From Phyllobates terribilis (lineage: Eukaryota): a stretch of 64,000 nt of DNA. The stretch is taken from NCBI RefSeq assembly GCF_046119375.1, contig NW_027362767.1:262446001-262510000 (forward strand), read 5' to 3'. The translations under genes were made by a program, and so were the position numbers. Shown here piece by piece: positions 42,689 through 57,600 of this stretch (within the stretch, counting starts at the first letter, position 1; each line of letters begins with the position of its first letter). The notes beneath the pieces were generated by a model, which saw nothing but the letters and a program-made list of their open reading frames with translations, made no database searches and was not told where the DNA came from.

Positions 42689-45600
42689 ATGTTTGGGCCA
42701 GACGAGGAGGATGCTGACTTTTTGTCCCCTACTGGAGGGTAAGTGGCCCCTGAGAGCTGGGGCCCCTCCACTCACTGTCATAGAGCCTGGCTTCACATAA
42801 AGTGTAAAAACCCCAACAATCACTGTAACTTAGACACTCAGAGGCTGTGTGTGGAACTATAAGCCCCAGCATGCTGTGTCCCTTGGAATGCTGAGCCTTG
42901 TAGTTCATCAATACTTGACTTTCATTGTAATGTGTTTGTGGTCAGTGGAAACAGTCAGCAATGAATGCAGCGGAGGCCGTCAGCTTCATTAACCCTTAAA
43001 AGTTTCACAACTTTCTAATATGCTTTGTACATCAATTCCGCTCCCTGTCCAGGACCTCCGCTCGCAGTCAGTGAATGGATGAAGTATTGCCTGCTGCTAA
43101 ATCTTTTGACTTTCAGATCTTTGTGTGACTATGGTAACTGCAGTGCTGGGAGTTGTAGTTCCACATCAGTCCTGCGTTACAGTATCCTGTATCATTGGAT
43201 ACCACTTTTAAGGAGTTGCAATCTCTTGCTCAATGTGATGTTGGATGTAGAGAGACGCAACCAAGGAAAGAACGACCTGTGCTGCGTTGTCCTGCGCTGT
43301 ATGACGGATTGATTCATCCTGGCTAAAGCTTCCCTATAAATAACAACTGAGGTCACTATTGGCATTACAAGGAAGCGATTATAACCCCATATTGATGCAC
43401 TGCCAGCGGATGACGAAACACAGAGGTCCCATTCACCCACTGCCGGCTCCAGTAATGATCACCGGGAAATCGCTGAAATACCAATGCGCTCATACAGCAA
43501 CAATCCTCCAATCTGAGGTATAAGTGTAATCCAGGCAACGTGACACAGGCTGAAATAGCTGATAACAGGGAGTAATAGATTGTAGCTCTGTCCGACAGTC
43601 TTCTCTCCCCAGTAATGGCTGATAACAGGGAGTAATAATTGTACTCACCTGTCATACAGTCACCTCTCCCCAGTAATGGCTGATAACAGGGAGTAATAGA
43701 TTGTACTCTCCTATCCTACAGTCACCGCTCACCAGTAGTGGCTGATAACAGGGAGTAATAGAGTGTACTCTCCTGTCCTACAGTCACCGCTCACCAGTAG
43801 TGGCTGATAACAGGGAGTAATAGATTGTACTCACCTGTCCTACAGTTACCTCTCCCCAGTAATGGCTGATAACAGGGAGTAATAGATTGTACTCACCTGT
43901 CCTACAGTCACCTCTCCTCAGTAATGGCTGATAACGGGGAGTAATAGATTGTACTCGCCTGTCCTACAGTCACCTCTCCTCAGTAATGGCTGATAACGGG
44001 GAGTAATAGATTGTACTCGCCTGTCCTACAGTCTCCTCTCCCCAGTAATGGCTGATAACAGGGAGTAATAGATTGTACTCACCTGTCCTACAGTCACCTC
44101 CTCCCCAGTAATGGCTGATAACTGGGAGTAATAGATTGTAGTCACCTGTCCTACAGTTGCCTCTCCCCAGTAATGGCTGATAACAGGGAGTAATAGATTG
44201 TACTCCCTTCCCCTGAGCTGGAAATGGCTGCTAACAAAGAACAATAGACTGTCTTCTGTACCTGGTGAGATCACATTTCCTATGCAGTGATTGGGTTACG
44301 AGGAGGAAGTGTTCTTGATAAGCAGAATGCTGAAAAGCAGAACTTCACAGTGGTTCTGCTGTGTAACCAGTGTCAGCTGAACTGATCCGTCATGTGGCTG
44401 CGCTCCTTGTATCAGCAGCTCCAGGGCCTCTCCATCCTGGGAAGGTTTCCTGACCTCTGAGGCAGTGGATCTACTTCAGGAGACGCAGGCGCCTGACACT
44501 GCTGGGTAACAACCTTGTGGGATCAGCAGTACTGGCCGTAATGGTTGTCACCCAACGTTCTAAGACAAAGCTCCATAGACCTATAGTAGTGCGTCCCTCC
44601 TGCTATGATTGCTATTTACACAGATTTGTCCGTGTTTTTATTGACGAATCTTCTGTGGAACTATTAGTCCCAGCAGTGCTGTCAAATCTCAACATGTCTT
44701 CCATAAGTTTGGGGAATTTTGCTGCCCCTTGTTTGATTTTTCATTTGTGAATATGGGGCATTGATGGAAGCATCGCCCCCTAATGGTTGGTTATTCACTG
44801 ATGAATATGGGACAGTGATGGAAGCATCGCCCCCTAGTGGTTGGTTATTCAATGATGATTATGGGGTAGTGATGGAGCATCGCCCTCTAGTGGTTGGTTA
44901 TTCATTGATGAATAAGGGGCTGTGATGGAAGCATGGAATCTTAGGGGTTGGTTATTCTCTGATGTGTATGGGGTAAAGATATAAGTATCACTCCCTGTGG
45001 CTTTCCATTGATAAATATGGGGCAGTGATGGAAGCATCGCCCTCTAGTGGTTGGTTATTCTCTGATGTGTATGGGGCAGTGATGGAAGCATCGCCCCCTG
45101 GTGGCTTTTTATGTTTTTTTGGTTAATGGTGCTTTGGCTGCCCTCGTGGTACTTATCTCTCCATAAACAGTCGTCTTTTTCAATGATCTCTTGTACTGAG
45201 GAGAATTGAGGGAATTGAGGATGTGACTGGGGCACCAGTGGCCGCGCTCCGAAACTGGTGTCAGATGATCTTTATTACTGGCGTTCGGGGCGGACATCCT
45301 GCTGCCTCCACAGGCTCTTTTGCGGCTGCTCAGGGCAGGGGATGCCGATCGCTGGGTGACTTCTTGGACTGAGGTGGTAGAATCTCACGGAGAGGTGACG
45401 GATTTCACACGCTCCTATCCATCTGCGTCACTAGACATGGGTCCTGGAGAGCCGGGGGAGAGCGCACCTCGACCGTGGAAGATAGACTACTTCTGGCACG
45501 AGAACCATGGGTCAGTGGTGGGTCTGGACGTGGAGGCAGACCCTTATTGTGCTCTTTATGCATCACTTTATTGCCAGGTTGTAAGATCTCTGCTTGCAGT

Positions 45601-48600
45601 CAGTGAAGTGGGATCCTCCCTATATACTCATTAACCTAATGTTTCACAGCAGAGGGGTCGGTCCATTTGTATTCACATTGTAGCAAACTTTCTGGAACCG
45701 GATGTGAACTTCCCATGGAGGTTTAGCTCCCAAAGTATTTTCTAGAATGGATACAATTGTAGCAAACCTTCAGCTGTGAGGAATTTCTTGCTCTTTTTCA
45801 GGTTGGATGTAAGGGCTATGTAATCATTCACTGACAAGAAGCAGAGATCTTAGGTATAAAGGACAGGTGCTGTGTGTAATGCCGTCTTCATATATCTCAT
45901 AGGGCCAAGTTGGCATCTCTGTTTGGAATGGACCAGGGCGTCAGCGCGCAGGGGAATGAATCCTTCCACTACACCGCTCCAAAGCAGCCGAAGAAGGGCG
46001 GCGTGCCCGCGGGTGAGGATACAGGCCGCAGATTGCTCGCCGCGGGGAATAAACCTTTGAAGCCATTGTGGGAGCTGGCGGGGGTCTCAGGAAGGGAAGG
46101 GAGGCGGCTGTATGAAAATAATGTCCGCATTGTGCTTGCTTCTCTTTATTCACATTCCAGGTACAAAATCCCCCAAACCACCCGGAGCCTCTGGGGCTGC
46201 ACCCTCCGTCCTGTACGCTACCGCCGTCCACGCCTATAAGTAGTAAGTCCCGGGCCGGCCTTTATATACTGCCCTCACCATCAACACCACCACAGTCTGT
46301 GTGTGGAGATGACGAGAAGGTGACATCTGTACTGTACTGACCCTGTATGATACCCCAGAGCTGCGCTCACTACTCATGTAATGTATGTACACAGTGACTG
46401 CACCAGCAGAATAGTGAGTGCAGCTCTGGAGTATAATACAGGATGTAACTCAGGATCAGTAATGTAATGTATGTACACAGTGACTGCACCAGCCGAATAG
46501 TGAGTGCAGCTCTGGAGTATAATACAGGAGGTAACTCAGGATCAGTACAGGATAAGTAATGTAATGTATGTACACAGTGACTGCACCCGCAGAATAGTGA
46601 GTGCAGCTCTGTACTATGTATGACATTATAAATACACTTGATCTGAATGGCTTCTTTGCCTTTGCTGTACAGTGTGAATGGACAGTATGTGAAGCAGGGT
46701 AAGTTCGGTGCCGCTGTCCTGGGTAACCATACTAGTAAGGAGGTGAGTCTGGATCTGTAGGGGGCAGTGTGTTAGGTGTCCTGCTGGCTCGCTGTGCAGC
46801 TCTCTGACCCCCTGGCTTTGTCTTTGTCCTGTAGTACAGGATCCTGCTGTACATCAGCCAGCAGCAGCCGGTCACCACCGTCCGGATACATCCGGGATTT
46901 GCTTTCACAGTAAGTCCACTGTCATCGTGCAGGACACCCGATCTAAATCCCAAGGGGATGTGCTCTCTCCACCCGGATCCCGTAGAACAATGCTTGTTGT
47001 TAGAAACTGGCAGCGATCCCAACAGACCTTCACATGGAGATGTAGCCGAGCCACCGAGTGTATCGGTGAGGAGCCATCCATTGCTCCCCATCAATTGTCG
47101 CCAGCTGTTCTCTTCCTAATCCTCCAGCACCTCCTCAGATCTAGAGGTTTGCGACCTGAAAGAGCGCCCCATCTCCTGGGGATATTACAGCTGGTCCCAA
47201 TATTATCCTTTTAATGTACCTTGTTATGCTTTATACATGTTCCACAATGTGCCATGCTGCATCTCTGGTGCCCGGCATCGGGCATAACCTCCCGCGTAGT
47301 GTCTGTTCTAGGTACTACAGCTCATCTACAGTATTATAGTGAATGTGATCTGAGTTGCAGTACCAAGAACGGCCACTACATGGTGTGCAGAGCTGTTGTA
47401 TTCGGCTCAGCTGCTGCAAACTGCGTGTGAATGGTAGGTGCTTAGTGCAGACCACCACCAATCCAAAAGCTAATGACAAGTCCCAGAGAACCCCCTTTAA
47501 TGCTGTGTCTTCTGATCTGCGCAGGTGCAGCTTAATCATTACGCAGCTTTCTATGACGAGCAGCGGCAGAGCTGGTCTGTTATGTTCGAGTCCGAAGTAG
47601 CTGCAGTGGAATTCAGTAAACAGGTGAAGTATATACATGTATGTGTGTGTGTATATATGTTATGTATCTGCTGTGTCTAACATGCCGTGCCCATCACAGC
47701 TCTGCCTTGCCAAGTGTAACAGCGCCCCATCCATTGATGCCGTGGTCTCCCAGGATCTCCTCCCCGGTGATGGACAAGCGGCGGATGTTGGAGACTTGAT
47801 GGAAGTGGCGTATACGGGCTGGTTACTCCAGAACCACGGGATCGGACAGGTACCATGAAGGGCATCTAGTAGTCTGTGACTGACCATGTCTTACTCTCAA
47901 TCATGGCTGTGCAAATAATTACATAATTCTTGTAAAGAAGCGCCCTCTAATGAGCACAGAGGGAACTGCAGCTCTGGCATTAGAAGTGTTGATGCAGCTT
48001 TGCTCCTGTCTGACCATCCTGCATGCTTGTGGCTGTCTCTTGTGGTCATCGTCCCCCCTCTCCCCAGGATTCACTCATCACTTTTATTTTTATTTTCAGA
48101 TGTTTGACTCCAACGTCCAGAAGGACAAATTACTGCGCCTGAAGCTGGGCTCCGGGAAAGTGATCAAGGTGATTTCCTCATATAGAGCAGAACTAGGTAT
48201 AACCTGTGATGCCAGCGACCCGTCGGTCTGGCGTTGGACCCGTCGGTCTGGCGTTGGACCCTGTTGACACTGAGGCACTGGAACAAGATTGGGCAAAACC
48301 TATTATATTTAGCTAGAAAACGAGCAGTCCCGTCCAGGTGGAAAATGAATGCAGAGGTGAACGAATCTCTCCATTCACTACTATGGGAGTTACAGAAACA
48401 GCCGGTCATGTCTTGTGACTACCATAGAAGTGAATGGAGAGATCATTCATTCTCCACCTGGCCACTCGCTCTGGAGATAGGTGCAAGGACCCATCCAGCA
48501 TTACGGCATGTCTTCTAGATATGCTATACATTTCTAAGGTAGAAGTGCCCCTTTAAGAGCATATTATAGCAGCAGTAGTATTTGTGGTGCACAGGATGGG

Positions 48601-51600
48601 TCACTTTTTTTTCTTGTTCGTCCAGGGCTGGGAGGAAGGAATGCTGGGGATGAAGAAAGGAGGGAGAAGGTTTCTGGTCATCCCTCCAGCACTTGGATAC
48701 GGTCCTCAGGGACTGACCGGCAGAATCCCTTCTAATGCCACCCTCCTGTTCGAAGTGGAAGTGAAGCGGGTGAGTGACGTTCTACTTTTGGAAGCCATAT
48801 TTTTTTTTTTTTAAATGATTGAGTCAACTATTGTCTGCACAGCTGTCCAAAAAGTATTGCTTCTACTGAGGCAGGAGGGATGTTCTTCATGATTTGCAGC
48901 AGGTGAACTAGTTTCCTGTTAATTAACCCTTTCCCAACATCCGCCATGTATGGCACATGTTGAGGCAAGAGAGCAGAGTTCTCTCCATACGTAGTGGGTG
49001 ACAGCCAGGGCCGGCTCCAGGTTTTTCTGGGCCCCGGGTGAAAGAGTCTCAGTGGGCCCCTTTAACACATACCACGATTCATGATGCACAGATACTGCAG
49101 AGAAATATAAATATATATATATATATAGTACAATGCTGAAGATTTCACTTCTTACATTACATGACCGATATCTATTGTAAATTCCACAATAGCTCAGAAA
49201 CCGGCGAATCGCTGCATACAGAATACTGGCCCCCATATAATGCTCCATACAGGATACTGGCCCCCATATAACGCTCCATACAGGATACTGGCCCCCATAT
49301 AACGCTCCATACAGGATACTGGTCCCCATATAACGCTCCATACAGGATACTGGTCCCCATATAACGCTCCATACAGGATACTGGTCCCCATATAACGCTC
49401 CATACAGGATACTGGTCCCCATATAACGCTCCATACAGGATACTGGTCCCCATATAACTCCATGCAGGCTGCCCCCCCCCCCCCCTTATAATGTCCCATG
49501 CAGGATGTCCCACCCCCCCCCCATATAATGCCCCATGCAGGATGTCCCACCCCCCCCATATAATGCCCTATGCTGGATGTCCGTCCCCCCCCCCCTCCCA
49601 TATAATGCCCCATGCAGGATGTCACTTCTCCCCCCCATGTAATGCTCTATGCAGGATGTCCCTTTCCCCCCATATAATGCCCTATGCGGGATGTCCCTCC
49701 CCCCCCATATAATGCCCCATGCAGGATGTCACTTCTCCCCCCCCCCCCATGTAATGCTCTATGCAGGATGTCCCTTTCCCCCCATATAATGCCCCATGGC
49801 TCCATACATTAAAAAAAAGAAATCAAATACTCACCTCACTCCTCCTCACCTGCTGCCGCTGCTGAGCTCCGGACTCCAGCGTCTTCCCGCTCTGTGCTGC
49901 GCTGTGACGGCTCAGGGGAGGGCGCGGTGGAAAGACGTCACTGCACCCTCTGACCTGAGACGTCACAGGGAGCGCAGAGCAGGAAGACAGCGGATCTGCT
50001 GAGGCACGGGGAGAGGTAAGTATCCGGCTGCCGGGGCCCTGAGCAAGCGGGGGAGAAGGGCGGGCGCTGATACCGCTCTCCTCCGCCCATAGCCCGGCGG
50101 GGTGCCCGACCGCCAGTGGGCCCCCCGCCTGCTCAGGGCCCCAGCATTTGCTCGGGTGCTGGCACCGACCCTGGTGACAGCTGTGTTGTACTGCTGACAC
50201 CTTCCTCTAACAGCCTCCGATGGTTAACCGCTTAAATGCCATTGTCAGTCTCTGACTACTGCATTTAAGTGTCTCAATTGCAGTGGAGCTTGGATTCAGG
50301 CTCCCATTGCCACCCGTCCTCGCCATCTTTATACTCTCATGCTAGGATCATTAATTTCACAGGATATTAAAGAATATAATGCAAGCAATCAAACAATCAC
50401 AGGTTCAAGTCCTATGGGGGTGGAAGGGCTAAAAAATACTGTGAAAACTATTACANNNNNNNNNNNNNNNNNNNNNNNNNNNNNNNNNNNNNNNNNNNNN
50501 NNNNNNNNNNNNNNNNNNNNNNNNNNNNNNNNNNNNNNNNNNNNNNNNNNNNNNNNNNNNNNNNNNNNNNNNNNNNNNNNNNNNNNNNNNNNNNNNNNNN
50601 NNNNNNNNNNNNNNNNNNNNNNNNNNNNNNNNNNNNNNNNNNNNNNNNNNNNNNNNNNNNNNNNNNNNNNNNNNNNNNNNNNNNNNNNNNNNNNNNNNNN
50701 NNNNNNNNNNNNNNNNNNNNCCCAACTTTTTTATAGCTCAAAAATAAAAGAATAAAATAAATAATGTATTTGGTTTTGCAGTGTCCAAAGAGTCTGATCT
50801 ATCAGAATCTAAAATGATTCCACACCCGAACCTCAGTAAAAAGCTTTCCTTATGTTCCCCAAAATAGTATTGATAAAAACCGCAGCTTGACACGCAAAAA
50901 ACGAAGCCCTCACACCGCTCTATAAAAAATCTCCAAAAAAAAAAGTTAGATGTCAGGAAATATTGATGCAAATTAAATTTTTTTTTCTTTTTTTTTATAT
51001 TTTAGAATTCTTTATAAACCGCTAAAGCATTATAAAACTAATATTAGTACCACTGTAATCTTCTTGACCTGAAGAATCATGTCACCAGCTCATTTTTACT
51101 GCTCATTGAATACAGTAAAAAAAAAAAAAAAAAAAAACGAAAAATAAAATTGGCTGTGGCTTTGACAGGGTTAATATCCAATGTGTTTTTTTTTTTTAAA
51201 TTAGATGAAACAAAAGGAGCAGGGATCTGACCGGCAGAGCATCGGTTCCCGGGACTCCCCAGTGTCCATCACAGACAGTATGCCTGTCGAGAGTCTACCG
51301 CAGCCGCCAACATCGGTGCCACCAAAACCTGGGTACGTGCTGATGCCGGCGCTGCAACCAACATGACGCTCTTACAGATCCATTACAGCATGTCATCCAA
51401 GTTTCCTCATGCTTGTGCCATTTACTCATTTATTCTCTTTTTCAGGGATCCGGATGTTCGTGCAAAGTCCAACTCCATCAGCGAGCAGTTGGCAGTAAGT
51501 GACCCGGGGCTGGCAGTAGCTGACCCGGGGCTGGCACGTTAAAGCTTATCAATCATTATTGAAGTTTTCACTGATTGGCAGAATCCTGATATGGCGAAGG

Positions 51601-54600
51601 CGAAGCTGATCTCCCGTATGGCAAAAATGGGTCAGCCCATGTTACCCTTCCTGGCGGGAAGTTCCACTCCACAACCGGACTCCAGTGACTCTGAGATCGA
51701 GGTAAAATGCTTCTCTCACATCGATAGACACCTACGACACTAAAGAGTAACCCATAAGAGTAATCCATATATTCTGCAACTTGCTAATACACTTAGTCTC
51801 CATTCCCTTACATTTCCATGATCTCTGCGTGCTTTCAGTGAATAGTAGCATTCTTTTCACTTCTAATCCCAATACTTTCCGCTACATAGAATTTTCTACA
51901 GTTGCATCCAGACACTTTATATGCTGGGATTGCCTGCATTTACACACCGCAAGGCTTATCTTTACACAGTTTTAGCTCTTCGTTAAAAAATAGTACGTTT
52001 CAATTCCTCGCCCTTTACAAGATCTTTGCCATACGAGAATGGAAACAAAGATTTAATAAATAGATATAAAACATAAGAAAAAAAATTAGTGCTGTGCCAC
52101 ATGAAATCTAAATGTATTTGCCTCAGTATAAAGGATTAAATCAATAAATAAATGTATATATATTTTTTTACAGGATCCTAACGCACAGAGAATTTCACCG
52201 TATCCCACAGCTCCGCTCCCTGTCCGGCCCACCCCACAGATTAGCCAACCCCCTCATATAGCAGCTCCAGGTAATGTGCTTACCCACCTGGGCACTTCAC
52301 TCCTTTACTTTCGTTTTGGACTTTTTAATGGTTCCATTTACAGTCCCTCAGCAGCAGCCAGTGCCGGGGCTCGCCGCCTCGTCTGCCGCCCTGTTACCCG
52401 TCGGGCACCTCCCCTCCCAGGGCGTTCCTGCAGCTCCCGGCTTCCAGGTCAGTACAACTTTTAGCATTTGGTAGATATAACTGTAGAGCCATCTGGTGGT
52501 GGAGTTTGGAAATTGCAAGTGCCAAACTAGTTTATTTGCGAGTTGGTGGCATTGACTTTCTAATAATAAAATGTCTTGCATCCTTGTAAAAATCAGTTTA
52601 TCAATTTTTGCCAGTCATATTAATTGTGCATTCCCCTAATTATCTGCCATTGCTTCCTGGAAACCTGCGGGCAGCTGTAATAAATATTATCTTTCAGCCG
52701 TACACTGGAATCCAGTATACGTATCCGCAGAACCCTACAACCCAGCTGCAGCCAGTCGGCCATGTCTACCCTGCTCCCATACAGCAGCCGGCGACTTACC
52801 AAGGTAAAGGAGCTATTCATTAAGCTGCCGTGATTTTGCAAAGCCGCATGGTTTGTTTTGTCAATGTGATTCTGACTGCAAGCTGAGATCTTGGAAAATA
52901 GTCACCATTCCCATGCTGCTGTCAATCACTGACAGCGGAAAATATATGTGACATGATTGCACCTCCTCCTATCAGCCATCCGAGACTCTATCACGGGTGC
53001 TGATGGCTTGTTACGACAGCTGGGGACTGAAAAGTAAAAAAGTTATGGCTCTTAAAAGAAAGTGAGGAAAATTGGTGGGAAGGGGTTAATGTATTAAGGC
53101 CTTTCGTTGTGTACTTTCAGCCTCGGGTGATGTCACTTCTTTCCTGATGACGGAGGCACGACAGCAGAGCACCGAGATCCGGATGGGCATCGGCAAAGTC
53201 ATTGATAAAATAGACACCCTGGCCTCTAAGGTGAGGAGACCCCCGCATCCTCCGCTCTGCAGTGTCCTCTGCTTCTGGCCATCTCACTTTTGTGTCTGTC
53301 AGAGCAGGTGGACAATCTGCAGAAGGAGAATTCATCCGGAGCCTCTCATCTACTCCCCGGAATATCATCCATCACCATGGAAAGCGCCATGATCATGAAT
53401 AATATCCAACGTATCATCCAGGTGAGAGCAGCGCGGGGCGGCAACTCGTCTCTATGCTGATCCGGATCGTTGGGGTCCTGGCAGGCATCAAAGGGTTACA
53501 TTTTATTTTACCTACCAGGAAAATGAATGTCTGAAGCAGGAAGTTCTGGATAAGAGCAGCCGGATAGAAGAGCAGAACGTGAAGATCGGGGAACTGATAA
53601 ATCGTAACCAGAGGTACGAAGGGGCGAAGATTAGGAATGATTGCTGGGTGTACGGCCGATCAGCAGGAGCTTAACCAGTTATACTAATTTACTTTTCTGT
53701 TTGATTTTGACATTGTTGCATTTACCATCTTCATCCTCTCCGGGAAGATATGTAGAGCAGAGTAATATGTTAATGGAGCAGAGGAACGACTCTCTGAAGA
53801 ACTCAACTGAAAGCACACAAGCCAAGATGCTCCATGCCATGCAAGAAAAGGTATTTATAAGCCACTAGGTGCCTGTGCTTAATTCACCTGTCACTGCCTT
53901 ATTTATAGGGATTATAATTACTACAATACTGTCCTCTATGTACAAGAATATAACTACTATAATACTGCCTCCTATGTACAAGAATATAACTACTATAATA
54001 CTGCTCCTATGTACTAGAATATAACTACTATAATACTGCTCCTATGTACAAGAATATAACTATTATAATACTGCTCCTATGTACAAGAATATAACTACTA
54101 TAATACTGCTCCTATGTACAAGAATATAACTACTATAATACTGCTCCTATGTACAAGAATATAACTACTATAATACTGCCCCCTATGTACAAGAATATAA
54201 CTACTATAATACTTCTCCCTATGTACAAGAATATAACTACTATAATACTGCCCCCTATGTACAAGAATATAACTACTGTAATACTGCCCCTATGTACAAG
54301 AATATAACTACTATAATACTGCTCCTATGTACAAGAATATAACTACTATAATACTGCTCCCTATGTACAAGAATATAACTACTATAATACTGCTCCTATG
54401 TACAAGAATATAACTACTATAATACTGCTCCTATGTACAAGAATATAACTACTATAATACTGCCCCTATGTACAAGAATATAACTACTATAATACTGCCC
54501 CCTATGTACAAGAATATAACTACTATAATACTGCTCCTATGTACAAGAATATAACTACTATAATACTGCCCCTATGTAAAAGAATATAACTACTATAATA

Positions 54601-57600
54601 CTGCCCCCTATGTACAAGAATATAACTACTATAATACTGCCCCCTATGTACAAGAATATAACTACTATAATACTGCCCCCTATGTACAAGAATATAACTA
54701 CTATAATGCTGCCCCCTATGTACAAGAATATAACTACTATAATACTGCCCCCTATGTACAAGAATATAACTACTATAATACTGCCCCCTATGTACAAGAA
54801 TATAACTACTATAATACTGCTCCCTATGTACAAGAATATAACTACTATAATACTGCCCCTATGTACAAGAATATAACTACTATAATACTGCTCCTATGTA
54901 CAAGAATATAACTACTATAATACTGCTCCCTATGTACAAGAATATAACTACTATAATACTGCTCCTATGTACAAGAATATAACTACTATAATACTGCTCC
55001 TATGTACAAGAATATAACTACTATAATACTGCCCCTATGTACAAGAATATAACTACTATAATACTGCCCCCTATGTACAAGAATATAACTACTATAATAC
55101 TGCTCCTATGTACAAGAATATAACTACTATAATACTGCTCCTATGTACAAGAATATAACTGCTATAATACTGCATCTATATGCAAGAATATAACTACTAT
55201 AATACTGCTCCTATGTACAAGAATATAACTACTATAATACTGCCCCTATGTACAAGAATACTGGGAAACGGATAAATCCAGCGACAAACATCTTTCTTAA
55301 ACACTTGTCTTTATTAAATGTGTTCCATAAAAAAATCACATTCCAGTTAAAATGCCAGACAGACGCGTTTCGATCTTCCGACCTCAGTCACTGCACACAA
55401 TAAATCCGGATACATGCTACTTCTTATGTCATTTCCTATGGGTGCCTGTGATCTCCTTGACCAATAGAAATGAAGCACTGATATATATATATATATATAT
55501 ATATATGAGTACATAAAGACATACCCAAGCAGCCATACATCCTCATAAACACACATGAAGCATTTATAATTATAGCAAAGGGAGCTACTTCCAATCCTTA
55601 TTAATAATAATATATCAAGTCCTGTCTGATGTTAATGCCTTCCGGTGATCTAGTTTCCAGGACATAAATCCACCAGGTCTCACCATTAGTCAGCTTTCTT
55701 TTCATATCCCCCCTCTTTCTGGTGGTTTAACCCTCTCTATCCCTCTGACCTCAAAGGATGACACATCCCCATTATGTGCTATAGTGAAGTGTTCGGATGC
55801 AGCGGAGGTTTTATGTAAGATTCTACTTGTAGCATCTGAGAGATGTCTTCTAATTCTGACCTTCAGAGGGCGCTAGTACATCCCACGTATTGCAGGTTAC
55901 CAAGGTTACAAGTGATAAGGTAGGTTACATTAGTGGTATTACAGTTAATAAATGAATCCACATTATGCACACACGTTGTGTTACTGAGGATGTGACATTG
56001 TTGGAGTTGCATATACTTGCAGCATGTACACACCGTGTGTCCGCATTTATATCTGCCTTTCATTGCCATCTAATTTTTATTCAATGAAGAGCTCTCTGTA
56101 ACAAACAAGCTTGGGGAGAGAATGTCCCCTAAACCTGGTGCCCGTTTGGCTACAAAATTCACTGGATTTGTCAGAATTTGCTCCAATTTAGTGTCCTGGT
56201 GGAGTAAGGTGACACGTTTTTAATGATATCAGTGATGGCTGTGAACTGTGGGCTGTATGTGGTGGAGATGGTAGCCCCTCTATCAGGCTCACTTGTATCT
56301 TTTTTCCCATCCTGCAGCATGTTAACCCTTTGTTCTCCACTATCTGATTAGCCCTGTTCAGCATCCACCTGGGGTATTTCCTGGGCATTAGTCCCCCTGC
56401 AGTCTGCTCAGCCTGGTGTTCATAGCAGGACGGGAGGGTAGAGTTCCTCTTAAATCTGAACAGTTCTCCTACCGGGACATTTTTTATAACATGCCGTGGG
56501 TGACATGAAGTGGCAATCTCCTTTCTATAAGGGGAAACTGTAACCCCAATATCCTTGTTAAAGGTTAGGGAGACATCCAAAAAATGTATAGTATTTTCCT
56601 CTATATGAGAAGTAAATTTCAAATTCATTTCATTGTTGTTATCCACAAACTCTGACCCCAGTCCTCTAGGACCACCCCATATCAGGAGCAGGTCGTCCCA
56701 ATATCGACCATACCACCTGATATAGGAGGAGAAGGGACTGGTGCCAGAAATAAATGAACAGGTTCTCCCATTCTGACATGAAAATATTAGCAATAGATGG
56801 TGAGAAGCCCACTCACACCGGAGCACCTTGTCATAGACAGAATTCCCCTTTAAAGGAGAAATAATTATGTTTTAAATGGAATTCTGTAGCCATGACTATA
56901 AACTCCTGGATTGGTCTACAGCAGCTACTAAACTTCCCTAGGTGTCTGGATAGAATTGAGATGGCAGGTCGTGTGGTATGGAGGGATATAGGGCAGCGAC
57001 ATCGCAAGTCACCCATAGACATGTGTCTGGTCTAGGGATACAATAACATGTTTGTGTCTTTCAAAAACCCAGGTAAATTATAGGTCAAAGGTTGTAGGTA
57101 CATATCTACCCATGAGCTTCATCGTTCACTGTAATACCCTATTCCTGCCACAATGGGCCTTAGGGCCGGTGGAAATGTCATCTTGTGTGTCTTGGGTAGT
57201 GAATGGAAAATAGGGGTAATAGGGGATTGTACAGTGAGTATGGAAATAATTCAGACCCCTTTAAATGTTTCACTTTGTTTCATTGCAGCAATTGGGTAAA
57301 TTCTAAAAAGTTCTTTTTTTCTCATTAATGTACACTGTGCACCCCATCTTGACTGAAAAAAAACAGAAATGTAGAAATTTTTGCAAATTCATTAAAAAAG
57401 AAAAGCTGAAATATCACATGGTCATAAGTATTCAGACCCTTTGCTCAGACACTCATATTTAAGTGACATGCTGTCCATTTCCTTGTGATCCTCCTTGAGA
57501 TGGTTCTACTCCTTCATTGGAGTCCAGCTGTGTTTAATTAAACTGATAGGACTTGATTTGGAAAGGCACACACCTGTCTATATAAGACCTCACAGCTCAC

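Larger units (their letters stand above)
48927..51170. mobile_element. TTAA-flanked non-autonomous DNA element hosting the hAT insertion and the assembly gap
   Basis: TTAA|CCCTTTC at 48923-33 and GACAGGG|TTAA at 51164-74; the internal part crosses the N gap, so continuity is inferred. Confidence 0.45.

Noticed and set aside
48217-48261. Exact 20-bp tandem duplication GACCCGTCGGTCTGGCGTTG
   Set aside because: Simple slippage duplication in an intron with no evident functional context.
50456-50720. Assembly gap hiding an FKBP15 exon
   Set aside because: Exon 9 (..EVKR) and exon 10 (MKQK..) are phase-compatible and collinear with the vertebrate protein; the gap lies in repeat DNA.
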